DNA from: Amphiscolops sp. MND2022
Lineage: Eukaryota
Assembly: GCA_964187785.1 (NCBI GenBank)
Contig: OZ076415.1
Coordinates: 15,810,001-15,874,000, forward strand
Direction: 5' to 3'
Length of the DNA stretch: 64,000 nt
Of this stretch, positions 10,198-21,935 are shown piece after piece. The position numbers and the translations under genes are program-made. The notes under the pieces were generated by a model that saw nothing but the letters and a program-made list of their open reading frames with translations, searched no databases and was not told the origin of the DNA. Position 1 is the stretch's first letter, and every line of letters starts with the position of its first letter.

Positions 10198-11521
10198 GTA
10201 AGTACGACAATTTTCGAAAATTGGGATCATTTTTTGGTTGCATTAAGCCTTCCAGCTGAAGACAGAAAAATTGTATATGTAAACTAGCTGTTTTTTTAAA
10301 ACCCTCAGAAAAATTGAATTCGGGGAGCATGACGGTTTGATCATTTGATCTTTGGGGTTAAAAACGGCTTGTTTAGAGCTCGAAACATAAAAAAGCCTAA
10401 AGATTGCCGTTTTGTGAGAATAAAACACTTTTCATAAACTTCACGTTGTGCCAAAAAGCATCCCAAAAAATGAACCTTTTTGTCGCATTAAGTTTTTTGA
10501 AAAAAGGATAAAGTACGAACTTTTTAGTCGAAGCATTATTGACTTGTCATACTGCCTGATTGTGAAAGGCGTGTTTTTTATTCCATTGGCTTTGTCGATA
10601 ATTTTTAGCTGTCAACCTGCTTGTATTTGAATCTAACACTTTCGCGCAATTCGAGATTTCTGCTAAGTTCATTGAGTCGATGAACTTAGCAGAAATCTCG
10701 AATTGCGCCAAATTGTTGATACATTGCGTGAAAATGTTGATAAACGAACAAAATAGCGAAAACAGAGTGATGGAAAATAACGTGCGATTGAGTAGAAGCA
10801 TTATAGAGACAGGCTGAAAACAAACTGTAGAGCTGACAGCCTATGTCGACGTCCCAAAATTTTACAGTAGATAAATCAGTTTGAATGGTCAAGTTGTCTC
10901 AGTGCATTCGAAGTGAAATCGTGTTTCGAAGTGAATAAATAGCTAGAAAATGCTAATGGATTGTAATTTTGTCCAGGTTATGAAGTAACAGGGCTGTTCA
11001 CAATTAAAATGCAATCATTTTTTGAGTCTACATTTTTATTTACATTTTTTAACAATTTGTCAACAATTAAAATTGCATTTATTGTTAAATTATTTTCTTA
11101 TAGAAAACAATAAATGTAAAACATTTGAAATTAAAAGAAAAACAGAAAGTCCCGGGTGACTGCCCAGAAAACTTGACTTTCAAGATGGTGTGTTAGCATG
11201 GATTTGCTGTAGAATGTCCTTTTCCAGACTTGAAATTTCCTCTCAGTTCTGATACTTTCTCAGCGCTGTTTCAAAAACCGGCGAATGAATTACACAGTGA
11301 CGCAGGAACAAAATCTTACACTTATTTAAATGTTACAATTTTTATTGCATTTTTTCCAATGATCACATTTTTAGTACAAGTAGAAAAAATTACAATTAAT
11401 GTTATGACATTTCTTTTTCGAACATCCCTGTGCAGTAAACATAACACAGTTCGTGTAGCATGCCTGAGATGCCGTCATAGATATTAATTGCTAAGTTTTC
11501 CATGTAAATGCATAGTACAAA

Positions 11522-13937
11522 CAGTGGTGCCAAAATAAGTATTGCAGTCTTATTGCAAATTTCCAATAAATTATTTTTATTTTAACTTCGTTGCAATAAA
11601 TGATTTTTGTTTCAAACACTTCCAAAAAAATTGCAATATTTGTTTTTTCCAAAAAAAAATTTTATTGAAATTGTCAACAAAATTTTCCAAGAAGATTTAT
11701 CTTATTTATAGTGCGGATAATCACATTAAATTGTGTCCAGCACAGTCTCGGCATTCCCATTTTTTCAGTTCAATAGAAGAAAACACTTTTCTTCCGATGC
11801 AATGGTGTCAATTGATTTCTCTGAGGAGTTGCAATCAACTTTGCGCGACTAAATAGCCGTTCGCATTTGTTCGATGTTGGCGGGACCCATTTTAAATTGC
11901 CATAAACTTCAATTCTTGCTTTTTTCGAAAACAAACTTGGTCTGCAAACGAAGAGCTTTCCACGACTTCCTCAACTTCGGGCGTTTTCTGTAACCTATCC
12001 AAATCCGCCTTTTGTAGATCAGATATTTTGTCGAAATGTCCCTCCAAGCCAATAACTATTGATTTTTCGAATGAAGGATTTTCAATGATCCGGGCATCTT
12101 CAGATACATATGTTGTCATTTCCGGATACGAATTGATGAGGGCGTCAAATAAATACCTGGAATCTTTGAGAGTGACAGGACTTTCTTGTAACTTCATGGT
12201 AACAGAGTTAATTTTTTCCAGGTGTTCCATTAATTTTTTTGCCGATTGAATCTCCTTTGGGGAAAGAATAAAATCTACAAGATCCGGATCTGCAGGATTC
12301 AAGAACGGTGTTAATTCGAAAAGACTTGATAACAGGGTAAAACCGCCGACCATCTTGTCGTGCAGCGCAAAACTGGGGAAAGATGTGTTTTTTGTCCGCA
12401 AAAGAGAGCGTTGCTTACCGGTAAATAACTTTTTCATTAGCGATTGAAGTTTTGTAAGAATGTCTTCGTGTGGTTTCAAGTACTGCTTTACAGCTAAATT
12501 CAATCTATGACTGGCACAGCCAACCATCGGCACCCGCAAATGTTCCGAGGCCAAATTTGGATTGACATTTTGGTTGTCGGAAACCAGAAATGCGACCGAG
12601 CTGAGGTTGCGATTAAAAACACTCAAGAAGTAAACAATGTAATCAAAATGTCCTTTCGCGCTCCGATCTTCTTCCCGCAGTAAAGGGGCTATTGCTAATA
12701 AAAGCGTTTCAGCCAATGCCACTCCGCCTTCAAATACAGCAAAAACAGCAACATAATGTACCGCGTTGTGACTCCACCCATCAATAAATAAACCAAAAGG
12801 CTGTGGCGGCTTTTCTTGTAATTGTTTCTCAACATTCTCCGTATGCGCATAATGTATTTTTGCAAGGTCGGAACGGTGATTTTCTCAAGTTTCGTGTGCT
12901 TTCGTGTTAGTTCTTTTTCGCAAAGTTCGTATTCTCTGTTCTCGCAAATTTTCCATTCAATCCACGAAAAAACACTCGCAGCTTTTCATGAGACGTTCGT
13001 TGTAAAAGGACAGTTGTCCGCTTCCAATTCTTTTTGCCAATTAGGATGAGCCGTGTTCAAATGACTGATCAGATTGGAATACCCAAATTTCACAGGTAAT
13101 TTTCTGCCCATGCCACAATCGCATTTCATTCTTCAGTCATATCCTTCTATAAAGTGTTTTCTCACGCCCCTTTCATTGAGCGTAGAGACAGTCGGTGCCA
13201 TTATGGGGAATTCCCACACAGCAGAAGTCTCAAACACCAGAAAATGAAAAATCGGTCTCATTCAGCAGAATTTTTCTTTATGCTGCAATCTGATTGGCTG
13301 AAATTTCAAATCCAATTGAATTCACTATGATGAAAACGCGTGTCAGATTTTGTCGGAATTATTATTGTAACGTAGTCAGATATGTTCACATACCCTTAGT
13401 GCCCTAAATGCAGGAGCGAAGCGAAGCGGAGCGACGTGCAATATGGCCATGCCTCAATGTTGCTACTTTGCGAAGGGAGCGAAGCGACCGAGCCATACAA
13501 CAAATATGCAAACCTTTTCAAATAAATCAAGTTTCTACATGCTGGCTGTACCAACACCAAAAGCTGGTAATTTGAATTCTGCTGAATGGGACCGAATTTT
13601 CATTTTCTGCTGTATGAATAGGCCCCGCCATTATACACGGTAACTGAAAGGTAAGACAGGCAGAAACAAAGTGAGAACGAAAGAACCAATCAAACCGCAG
13701 CATTGCTTATTTAGCCTTAACAAATTACATGTAATCAATTTTGACTCTCACGTCTCAACGCATCAAAGCGTACCGCAGGCACATGCTCAACATTCCAATA
13801 ATTGCGACAGAAAAATAAATTATTATTTTTTTTCGAGACATAAAAATATTTATTGCAACAGGAATTTTGATAGTATAAATTATTTTATTTTATTAATTGC
13901 AATAATTTTATCAAAAATAATTTTTTTGGCATCCCTG
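11522..13937 (-). mobile_element. hAT DNA transposon in intron 1 of the host gene
   Basis: Imperfect TIRs CAGTGGTGCCAAAA / CAGGGATGCCAAAA. 8-bp TSD AGTACAAA / AGTACTAA (7/8). AT-rich subterminal regions and a transposase remnant. Confidence 0.85.
11770..13201 (-). pseudogene. hAT transposase pseudogene
   Basis: BED finger (KCDC...HLNTAH), FIDGWS, VSDN, GCASHRLNLAV, TTRWS (in a shifted frame) and PPTSNKCERLFS dimerization motif. Contains internal stops and frameshifts. Confidence 0.88.
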
Positions 13938-14908
13938 AGTACTAATGCTAAAACGTGTACAATTCAAATCCAAACCATTCTGATTTTTTTGTTTTCATTT
14001 GTCACAATTGAAGAGTGTTTGATTTAAAGTTGTCGTTGTGCTAATCCATATTCATTGATGCTTCGACATTCCTGGTTGTGACTGGGAAGAAATGCCAGAA
14101 ATTTTGTTGAAATTTTATGCGTTCCATTGTACATGTTAACAGTCCGGACCAGGGGTTGGCAATAAATAATTATTGAAAAAATAATTGTCAATAAATTAAT
14201 AAAAATTATTTATTTCGAGATCGAAGAAATAAAAATAATTTATTTTCACTGGTAAATAATTATTACAATAAACTGAAACGTATTGTTGCGGGATAATTGA
14301 ATTGTTAGTAGAATTTGAGTGGACGCCGAGAGCTGTGATTTGCTAACCGAGCAGTATTCACAAATTATAGAAAGAAGACATCTCCAATCAACCTAGAGGC
14401 GCATATATTCCTCCAGTTCAATAAAGAATATTGGAATGTCAAGACTGTAGCAGATTTGGTTTGAGTTTTTTTATATTAATTTTATTTATGTTGTAGGATA
14501 CTGTTGTACAAAAAACGTAACCCTACCTAGATAAGGTTAAGACTCACTTGGCTTATTTTCGGCAAAAATAAAATCATCGAGGCTGTCCTCTTCCGCAATC
14601 ATGCAACGACAAAATATTCCAAACGCATTATAGCGAGTCATAGCGTGCAATTCATAGCGTTTTAATCACGTTTCAAGTTTTGATTAGTAATTTCCAAAAA
14701 AGGTTCACCAATCAACTCCTTCCGTCACCACTTTGATGTCGGAGGCGCAGTAGAAAGGACTTAACACTCTTTTAAGGAGTTCCAAATGTTTCTTTTGCAA
14801 TTTTTACTGCACGTAAAATGTAAGATTTTCAAGAAGTACCTGGGATGAAACAAAGTATAACTTCCACTTGCACCATACTGTCATTTATTTTACAAATCTT
14901 CGTTTCAG

Positions 14909-15015
14909 TGATGTGGGTCTGCTGATACTGTTTTTCGTCGTAATTCCCATTGTGGTCTGTGTTCTCTGTCTAGGGGCCATCGCTTTCATCGTCTTCTGCG
15001 TCGTTGGAGCCTCAA
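14909..15015 (+). CDS. Host gene exon 2: transmembrane helix
   Basis: Acceptor TTCGTTTCAG|T completes TAT. Reads DVGLLILFFVVIPIVVCVLCLGAIAFIVFCVVGAS, then phase-1 donor A|GTAAGC. Confidence 0.85.
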
Positions 15016-16023
15016 GTAAGCACGTTACATTAAACAGCTAAATATGGTGAAAAGTTCCCTAGGAGTCACAAAATTCGAAGCCCCGAATTAGCTGTAAGTG
15101 GCAGCAGATAATACAAGGTAAATGAAAAACAATCATGCATTGAAGTATATGTTTAATCATTGGAAATCGTTAGACATAACGTTCTATCAGAAAAATCCAA
15201 AGGCGAATGTTTATAACTCTTGTTCTCTGACTTCGAATTCGAACTACCGGTTCAGCGGATGGTTCAGACAGAAAAGATCGTGTTCTACCACAAACGATTT
15301 TAGCTGCAACTTTCATTTTCAAAATGACATATTCACCGCACGCTTTTAATAGCCCTAGACTGGCGCACCTGGAAAGTATTTTTCACGAAGCCTGCTTCCG
15401 AAGAGCAACTGAAACTTTGGTTAATCTCCCCGATAAAATTTCAAAATTCCGGAAGTAAAACGAACAAGCAAAAGTTGGTGCCTAAAAGAGTAAAAGTATT
15501 TCAAAGTGTCAAGGATTCTCTTCTGAAAAAACATTCAATTTCATATTGCTGAAAAAGACAAAGAAGGGACACTTTGTGATTAAAAGGGATTTTCGTTCTT
15601 TTTCTCACCAAAACAGATAAAAAACCAAAGCTTTTCTGCATCGTTTTTCTCCGGAAACATCAGAAACTAAAGGGAACATTGTTGCTAGGTGAAAAGGTTA
15701 TAAAAAAGTTGCGCAAGTCCCTTTGTTCTTGAAAACGCTCTCTTCTATCCAAAACAAAACAAACAACCGAAGGGGGCTCTTCTGGGAAAACGATACTTTT
15801 TTGAAAAACGCACTTTGACAAGAAAAACACTCGATTTCCTTTTCAATTTAAAAACGTGGTAAAATACGAATCGGTAGACGCTTTCAATCAATTTGGGAAA
15901 CTGTATCGAAATGAAATTTGAAAACCTTTTGTTCTCGTTTTCGGGCAGACTGAAAAACAACAAGACGAAAAATCGATATTATAACTGCTCGCAAAAGGGC
16001 TGACTGAAAAAAATTTGTTTCAG

Positions 16024-16175
16024 CCGCCGCTGCTGTGAGCATAAGCTCAAATGAAGCCCCTGTACACCCCCCTACTGTATCCTACTCGGCATACCCGCCC
16101 TACTCTGCCGTCAACAACGGCTACCAGCCTCCAAGCTACACCCCTCAGCCTACAGCCGCACCTCTGGGGAAATAA
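16024..16175 (+). CDS. Host gene exon 3: Pro/Tyr-rich cytoplasmic tail with PPSY motif; the spliced 138-aa product is CYYR1/Shisa/WBP1-like in architecture
   Basis: Acceptor TTTGTTTCAG|CC completes ACC. Reads AAAVSISSNEAPVHPPTVSYSAYPPYSAVNNGYQPPSYTPQPTAAPLGK*. All three exons join in phase. AATAAA at 16171-16176 overlaps the stop. Confidence 0.85.
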
Positions 16176-16320
16176 ACTTTGAGAAGCGTCAGCTTCAAAC
16201 TTCACGTTGAAGTGTTATAATTCCACTCATGAAACAACCTAAACGCATATTTGAAATTTTATACAATAATCAGTATTGATGATTGAATTAAACCTTCAGA
16301 TTTTTATACCTATATTTTTG

Positions 16321-17713
16321 TGTCGCAGGCTGCCGCCTGTGATGGTACAAGGATTACTACTACCGCAGAAGGACAGGAAATAGCAGCCGGAACTCTACCA
16401 ATATATTAGAGGTAAACATTAAAAACACAAACTTTGCTATTAATTTTTAGTCTACTAGTTGTACCTGTTATCGTTGCTAATTTTACATTTAGTATATAGT
16501 TTGCTGATATTAGTCCGTTAATGCCAACATTTGAAAGATCAGATGATGTATTAACAATTATAAAAGCTAGAAGTGCAGTATAAACACGCTGTTATAGCAA
16601 TAGATAGGCAGCTAGAAAGCGTAAAGGAAACGAGTTCAAGTGAACGTAACTCCAATTCCGGAGACGTCACTTGAGCTCAACCTGTTAGCCAATCATATTC
16701 ATCCATTTGAATAATATCAGTGCTGTATTTAATTAATGGCCGGTTTAGGCCATATGCCGGAATTTCATCTTTATTTATTGGCGCTTTAGTCAAACGGCCG
16801 GTTTCGGCCTTAATGTTCAGATGAAAGAATATTAATGTAAGCACTGCTGTGTTTCGTTAAATAGTAGTCTAATCATGTTGCTGTGCTAATTAAACGTTCA
16901 TTTTAGCTAAATGGCGCTTTATTTTATCCATTTCAATATTAGGCCGACTACGGCCATTTGCCTGACTTCTATCCTCTATTACTGTGGCCAATTGGACAGT
17001 GGCCGGTTAAGGCCCCTTTTCAATACTATTATTCAGATGCTAATTACAATCATTTAGTGTACTTTAAATGTCATGTATAGTTACAAGTACGTCGTAAAGA
17101 CTCATGTAGCTCTTGAAATTAATTGACGAAATCGATACCAATGTATGATGTTGCTACCAATAATAGTCCAAAGGACATGTCTGGCCTTATTTGCTAGTTG
17201 ACACGTGGAATCTGTGTGCATATTTTATAAAGGAAAATATGCGCTGTTACATGTAACATTGCTGTATACAAGTTGATCTAGCCTGCTAACGGGGCACGTG
17301 CCGACACGAGATTGTCAGCATTCCTGAAATATTAGCGGCGTAAACATTTTATTCGATGCTATTTGATGTACTGTGTGCCTTTTGAATACTTGTTAAAGAT
17401 GTCAAAACAGGAATTTGAACGGCCGCGTGACCTTATGATCACAATTCGGCGGCACTTTGATGCTTACATAGTTGAGTTAAGTCAGGTGCTTTCGGAATGT
17501 GTTTGTAACATTTTTGACTGCTTGTATCATGTTTATCCCGCCCGAGGAAGTATATATAGAAGCAACTTCCTCCGGGTGGACACAATTTTGTTTTGCTCCT
17601 AATACTCAGTTGATAACGCTTTTCCGTTAACAATCACTAATTCTGTTTTCCGGTTCTGATAATTTAATTATTCGACCCGGTTTAGTCTTGATGCCTACTA
17701 CTAGAAAACAAAA
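16321..17713 (+). repeat. E2 5' LTR, truncated after about 7 gag codons by a deletion
   Basis: Matches 23673-25065 with roughly 20 substitutions by eye. ATG CCT ACT ACT AGA AAA CAA AA at 17691 is followed by an abrupt switch of sequence. Confidence 0.87.
17363..17602 (+). CDS. Small Cys-containing ORF inside the E2 LTR, upstream of gag (second copy 24715-24954)
   Basis: Open in both LTR copies. Degenerate similar sequence sits at the same position in the E1 and E3 LTRs. Confidence 0.45.
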   Translation: MMYCVPFEYLLKMSKQEFERPRDLMITIRRHFDAYIVELSQVLSECVCNIFDCLYHVYPARGSIYRSNFLRVDTILFCS

Positions 17714-17770
17714 CAATGAAGGAAATGAACAAAGTTTACAGTCTGAAAGTACATAAATACATATGTACAT

Positions 17771-20700
17771 TTAGTCTTTAGAGGACCCTTGAACGGCTTT
17801 CTTGGATGCAGACGAAATTGTAGAACTGCTGCTACCTGCTCGCTTCCTCTGCTTCTTGGAAGGCACCTTTACAGCTGAATCATCAGGGATGGACGAGGCA
17901 GTATCCTTTTCTATCCGGACAGAACAAGTAGAAGGAACAGCAGTAACGGCCTTATAGGAAGTGAGAAGACTCTTGTGAATCTTAGACCTACCAAACTCAT
18001 CCACAAGAGTCCATGGATCGTAGTCAGCAGAGAAAGCAGAACGCTCGAAAGAGGAACTGAGAACTGAGAACTTCTCTAAATTGACATCCGAGCAGCAATG
18101 GGAAATGGAATTGGACACACAGGAAAGGTAACTCTGGCAAGGCACCACTAGATCGGCAAAACGGCCCTGACACCCGTTGTGTCAACACTCCCGAACAGTA
18201 CTGGAGGATATTGGGGGCTAACACTAGTCAGACACAAGCAGCAGAGTTTGAACAGATAGAACAAGTGCTCATGAGTTTTTAAAAACTCAAGCCCCATTAA
18301 AAAGTCTATAAGATCGACGGAACTCTCCATCAGATCGAAATCTGGAGGATAATTGACTCGGAGGTAGTCCAACAGAGCCAGATATTCGTCTCGACAACTG
18401 TTCTCGTTGACGCTAGTGACCCATGAGCGAAGCTGGAAAGTAGAATATAGCACATCGAAGTGCCGGAGCCCGACCTCAGAAGGCCTTTTGAAAAGGACGA
18501 AGGGATCAAAAGCAGCCAACCCCTTGATCACTTCAGAGCTCAGACCAGCTTGACTGAGGACTTGTTTGACCAGATATTGAATGAATTGCAACGCCTCTTT
18601 GACAAAGCTACTGGTCGTTTCTGCGGCCGTCTTCTCGATAGCAGCCTTCTCCGATTTCTTGTTTAGGTGTGTGACTTCTGCACTCTGTTTACTGGCTGTA
18701 GCTATCCGGTTTGTGAGGCGGTGCCGGATAAGGAAGTCTTCCTCACTCATGAATTTGCCCTCGCTCACCTTAAACCCGAGAAGGAGGAACCACGAGTTCT
18801 CGAGGGGAATGGTTTCTGGCAAATAACAACGGGCGCACAGTTTTGAAACAAAGCGGCAAACCTCCCCACAGAGGAAGAACGACGCATCACGGCGGCCCTG
18901 CAGATTGATGGCGAAACTGGTAACGTCTGGAAATACAACAGTCGTGATTATGAGAGGAATAGGATACACAAACGAAACAATGTTAATAGTGATTCAACAA
19001 CTCAAGGACCTAAACTATCAGAACGACGTCTTAGTGCACTGACGTGAAATGAAACCGTATACTCACAATCGCCAATTATACGTTGGAAGAATTCAAATTT
19101 GGTGACGAAGAAAAAGTCACAGATGATGGACCACTCGAAGCTTTGGACCTGATTGTGGACTCCTTGCTTTCCTTCGTGAGGGGTGTGCGTAGTCAAGTAC
19201 TGTCTGATTGCCTTCCAATGCTTCACAAGTTCTCAGCAAAGATTGAGGAGGCTTGGCAAATCTAGTTTGCAGGTGTCGATGGCCTTAATTGAACCAAAAT
19301 TGTCTCTCAACTGCACCTACCTTCAAACCCCTAACTACATGAGTGGACTTAATATACTTACTCGTCCCAGATCAGGAGATTCCAGAACCCAGTCCTCACC
19401 AGTAGCAGCTCCCAATGAAACGATCAGGCACTTTAGGACGGAGAAAAAGTCGATCCGTCCAAACACGCTGTAGGTGGGCTTGTGCATCATCTTCTGAAGC
19501 TGCAGCTGCTCAAAACGAAAGCAACTCTGTACTGCTCGGGGAAAGAACTCATTGTGATCTATGGTTTGGATCAACTCTACCGGACATCCCGAAAAGGCAA
19601 CGATATCGGCTTTGGTTGAAACCACAGAGAGTAGTCTGGATATCGAACCCAAGTCTCCAGTCAGATCAGCGGAGGGAAGCCCACTTCGGCACACGAAGAC
19701 GCGACAAAGAAAATCGCCTTTCCAGAACTTGATAGACATGAGTCTATTCACGCCCACATTTTCAAATTCGATAGCGAAGCATTGGGTGGTAGCGATTTGC
19801 TCTGCTAATTCACTGATGGCACAATTGAAAATGTGTTGGAAGATGGTCTAAAGAAGAAAAAGACAATTATGAAATGTGTAGGGAACCTATACCCTCCCTG
19901 AGCAAATGTTAGCCTGAAAGGGAACCTACCGAAATTCGTTCTCCCCCCCAATCAAAATCGCAGTAACTGGTTTGATAGTTCGACAGAGATCCTATCTGAG
20001 CCCATAGTCTGCGGAGTACTCCAAGATCACCGTGAGTTTGCACAAAGTCTCCAATGAGGTGTATTTGTGTCTTGGCCCTTGACGCAGGAGTGACGAGTGT
20101 GGTTGACGTCCCTTTCACGAAGTCGTCGTAGAATGGGAAGCGTTCTCCGATGTCTATTAGTTCGACGTGTATAAATTTGGGGAGTTCCTTCGCCAGCTCA
20201 ATCTTAGTGAGGATCTTGCCGTTCCGCCCTCTGACCCGATGCTGCACTTTCCCAGTCACTGGATCAACGCTTTTGAGGTGTTCATAGCGCCATCTCTGGT
20301 CACGTCTGAGATGTTTTTCAGTTCTGTGGTGACGCAGAATCTCTAGTGTACCCTTGGTTTTCACAGAAATATTCTTCTTACATATATGGCACCACACCAT
20401 ATAAGGATTGTGAAGGGGATCAGCTGGCCCGGAGATGAACGATCGGGTCCAGCCAATTTTGGAGAAGAATTCCTCCTTCATGGGAATGCCTCGTGTATGG
20501 CCGCGCCGTTTCTTCTTGCGCAATTTGCCAGAAGTCGAAACTAGAGGTTGTGCTGGGGCCGTCTGGGTACGTAATTCGGAGAGTGTGGCGTCGAGGCTGG
20601 AATGATCAGTGGACTCAAAACCTGCTTGGGTAGGGTCAGCTCGAGAAGGTGGAACGCGGCTGAAAGGTTCCTTGAAAGCCTGTGAGATGAGTGCCATCTC

Positions 20701-21935
20701 ACCAGAACTGTCAGTTTCGTTGAAAGATTCTAACCCTCTACTTTCTTGGCCAGCACTGGATCCTTCAGAGGTGTCAGTCCCTGATCCGGAACAGTACTCA
20801 GCCCGCGAACTATCTTCCGAATCACTTTGCAGCCCTGGGCCGGGAGTTTGAGCCCTTGGTCGGATCTTGAAGTGGTCAGTTCGGGGACTGGAAGTGACGG
20901 GGCCCCCCTAATCGCTCCAATTACCATCTGCTCCATGGTGGAGTAGGACATTTTCAAGGTCTCGTCTGTAAGGACCCTCAGGAGATGGTAGATTTGTGGC
21001 CCTGTGAATGCCACAGTTCTATGACCAAGCGGGAAGGTGATAGTGCTGGCATCATCATCGAAATACTTTTTCAAGATGGCCCTACTACGGCCGGAAAGCT
21101 CCCTGATTTTGGGGTCCTGAGTTGCTGAAGTGGAAGGACGCATGGAATCAGGAATTGCAGCGAAAGTATCAGTTGATGACCCTTCTCCTGCAGTGTCTGC
21201 TACATTACCTATTGGCAGGTAGGCGTACAATTGAGGGGCACTAGCCTGGCTGGATGTGTCGCCGGCTTCTTCGGTTTCAGTCTCATCGCCCAACCACCTG
21301 ACTTTTGGTGTTCCTGTTGGCAGCTTGGGGACATCACATAGGGAAGAGCTTTCGTCCGTTTCAATCTGAAGAAATGAGGCTGCGGACATTTCGGCAGGAG
21401 TCACGTTAGTGGGCAACAATTCCGGTAGTATAGTCCTTGAGGAAGGAGCAATCGTTAGTCCAGTCTCTAGCTGAGTCAAATTGAGCTCGACGGTCTCACC
21501 GGCTACGCCTGGGGTAGGGGTACTGGTACGAAAGAGCGGCGTAGTAACCCGTGCCTCGATCTCCGTGGAAGAAGGACCCTCAGTTATACCCCTCCCAGTC
21601 TCTTGTTCTCCTCTCTCAGAGTTCTCCTCAGTATGTCCCTTTGATTGCTGTTGGGCCTGCTCGAGGAGCTGAAGCTTTTCATCGGCATAAGATGTTACGT
21701 CGACGTTGCTGTCTGTACTGCTGGGAGACCTTGGTGGCTTTATTGGAGGAAAAGGAGGAGGAGACAATTGTGATCCACGGACGGTGGAGGACGTACCCAC
21801 AGAAACATTCGTTTGTGTATGTTGGTCGGGAATGTCCGCTGCAGAGTTGGTTTGTGTTTGCGGTTCGTCTCCTGGCTGATTTGCTAAACAAAAGGAGATG
21901 AAATTTGGCGGTGAGCTTCCTTGAAAAAAATCCAT
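17771..21935 (-). pseudogene. E2 antisense multi-exon gene: acidic/Ser-rich N-terminus, hAT-type C2H2 (BED-related) finger, transposase-like body; frameshifted
   Basis: VWCHICKKNISVKTKGTLEILRHHRTEKH. Intron 19929-19848 (GTAGGT...TTTAG), 486-nt exon 19847-19362, donor GTAAGT. Frameshifts near 20905 and 18160. Confidence 0.75.

Noticed and set aside
10989-11150. CAGGGCTGTTCAC as the left end of another hAT/MITE
   Set aside because: No matching right TIR or TSD was found.
14150-14310. CAGGGGTTGGCAATA plus AT-rich repeats resembling the hAT end
   Set aside because: It is a single end only, with no partner or TSD; probably a fragment.
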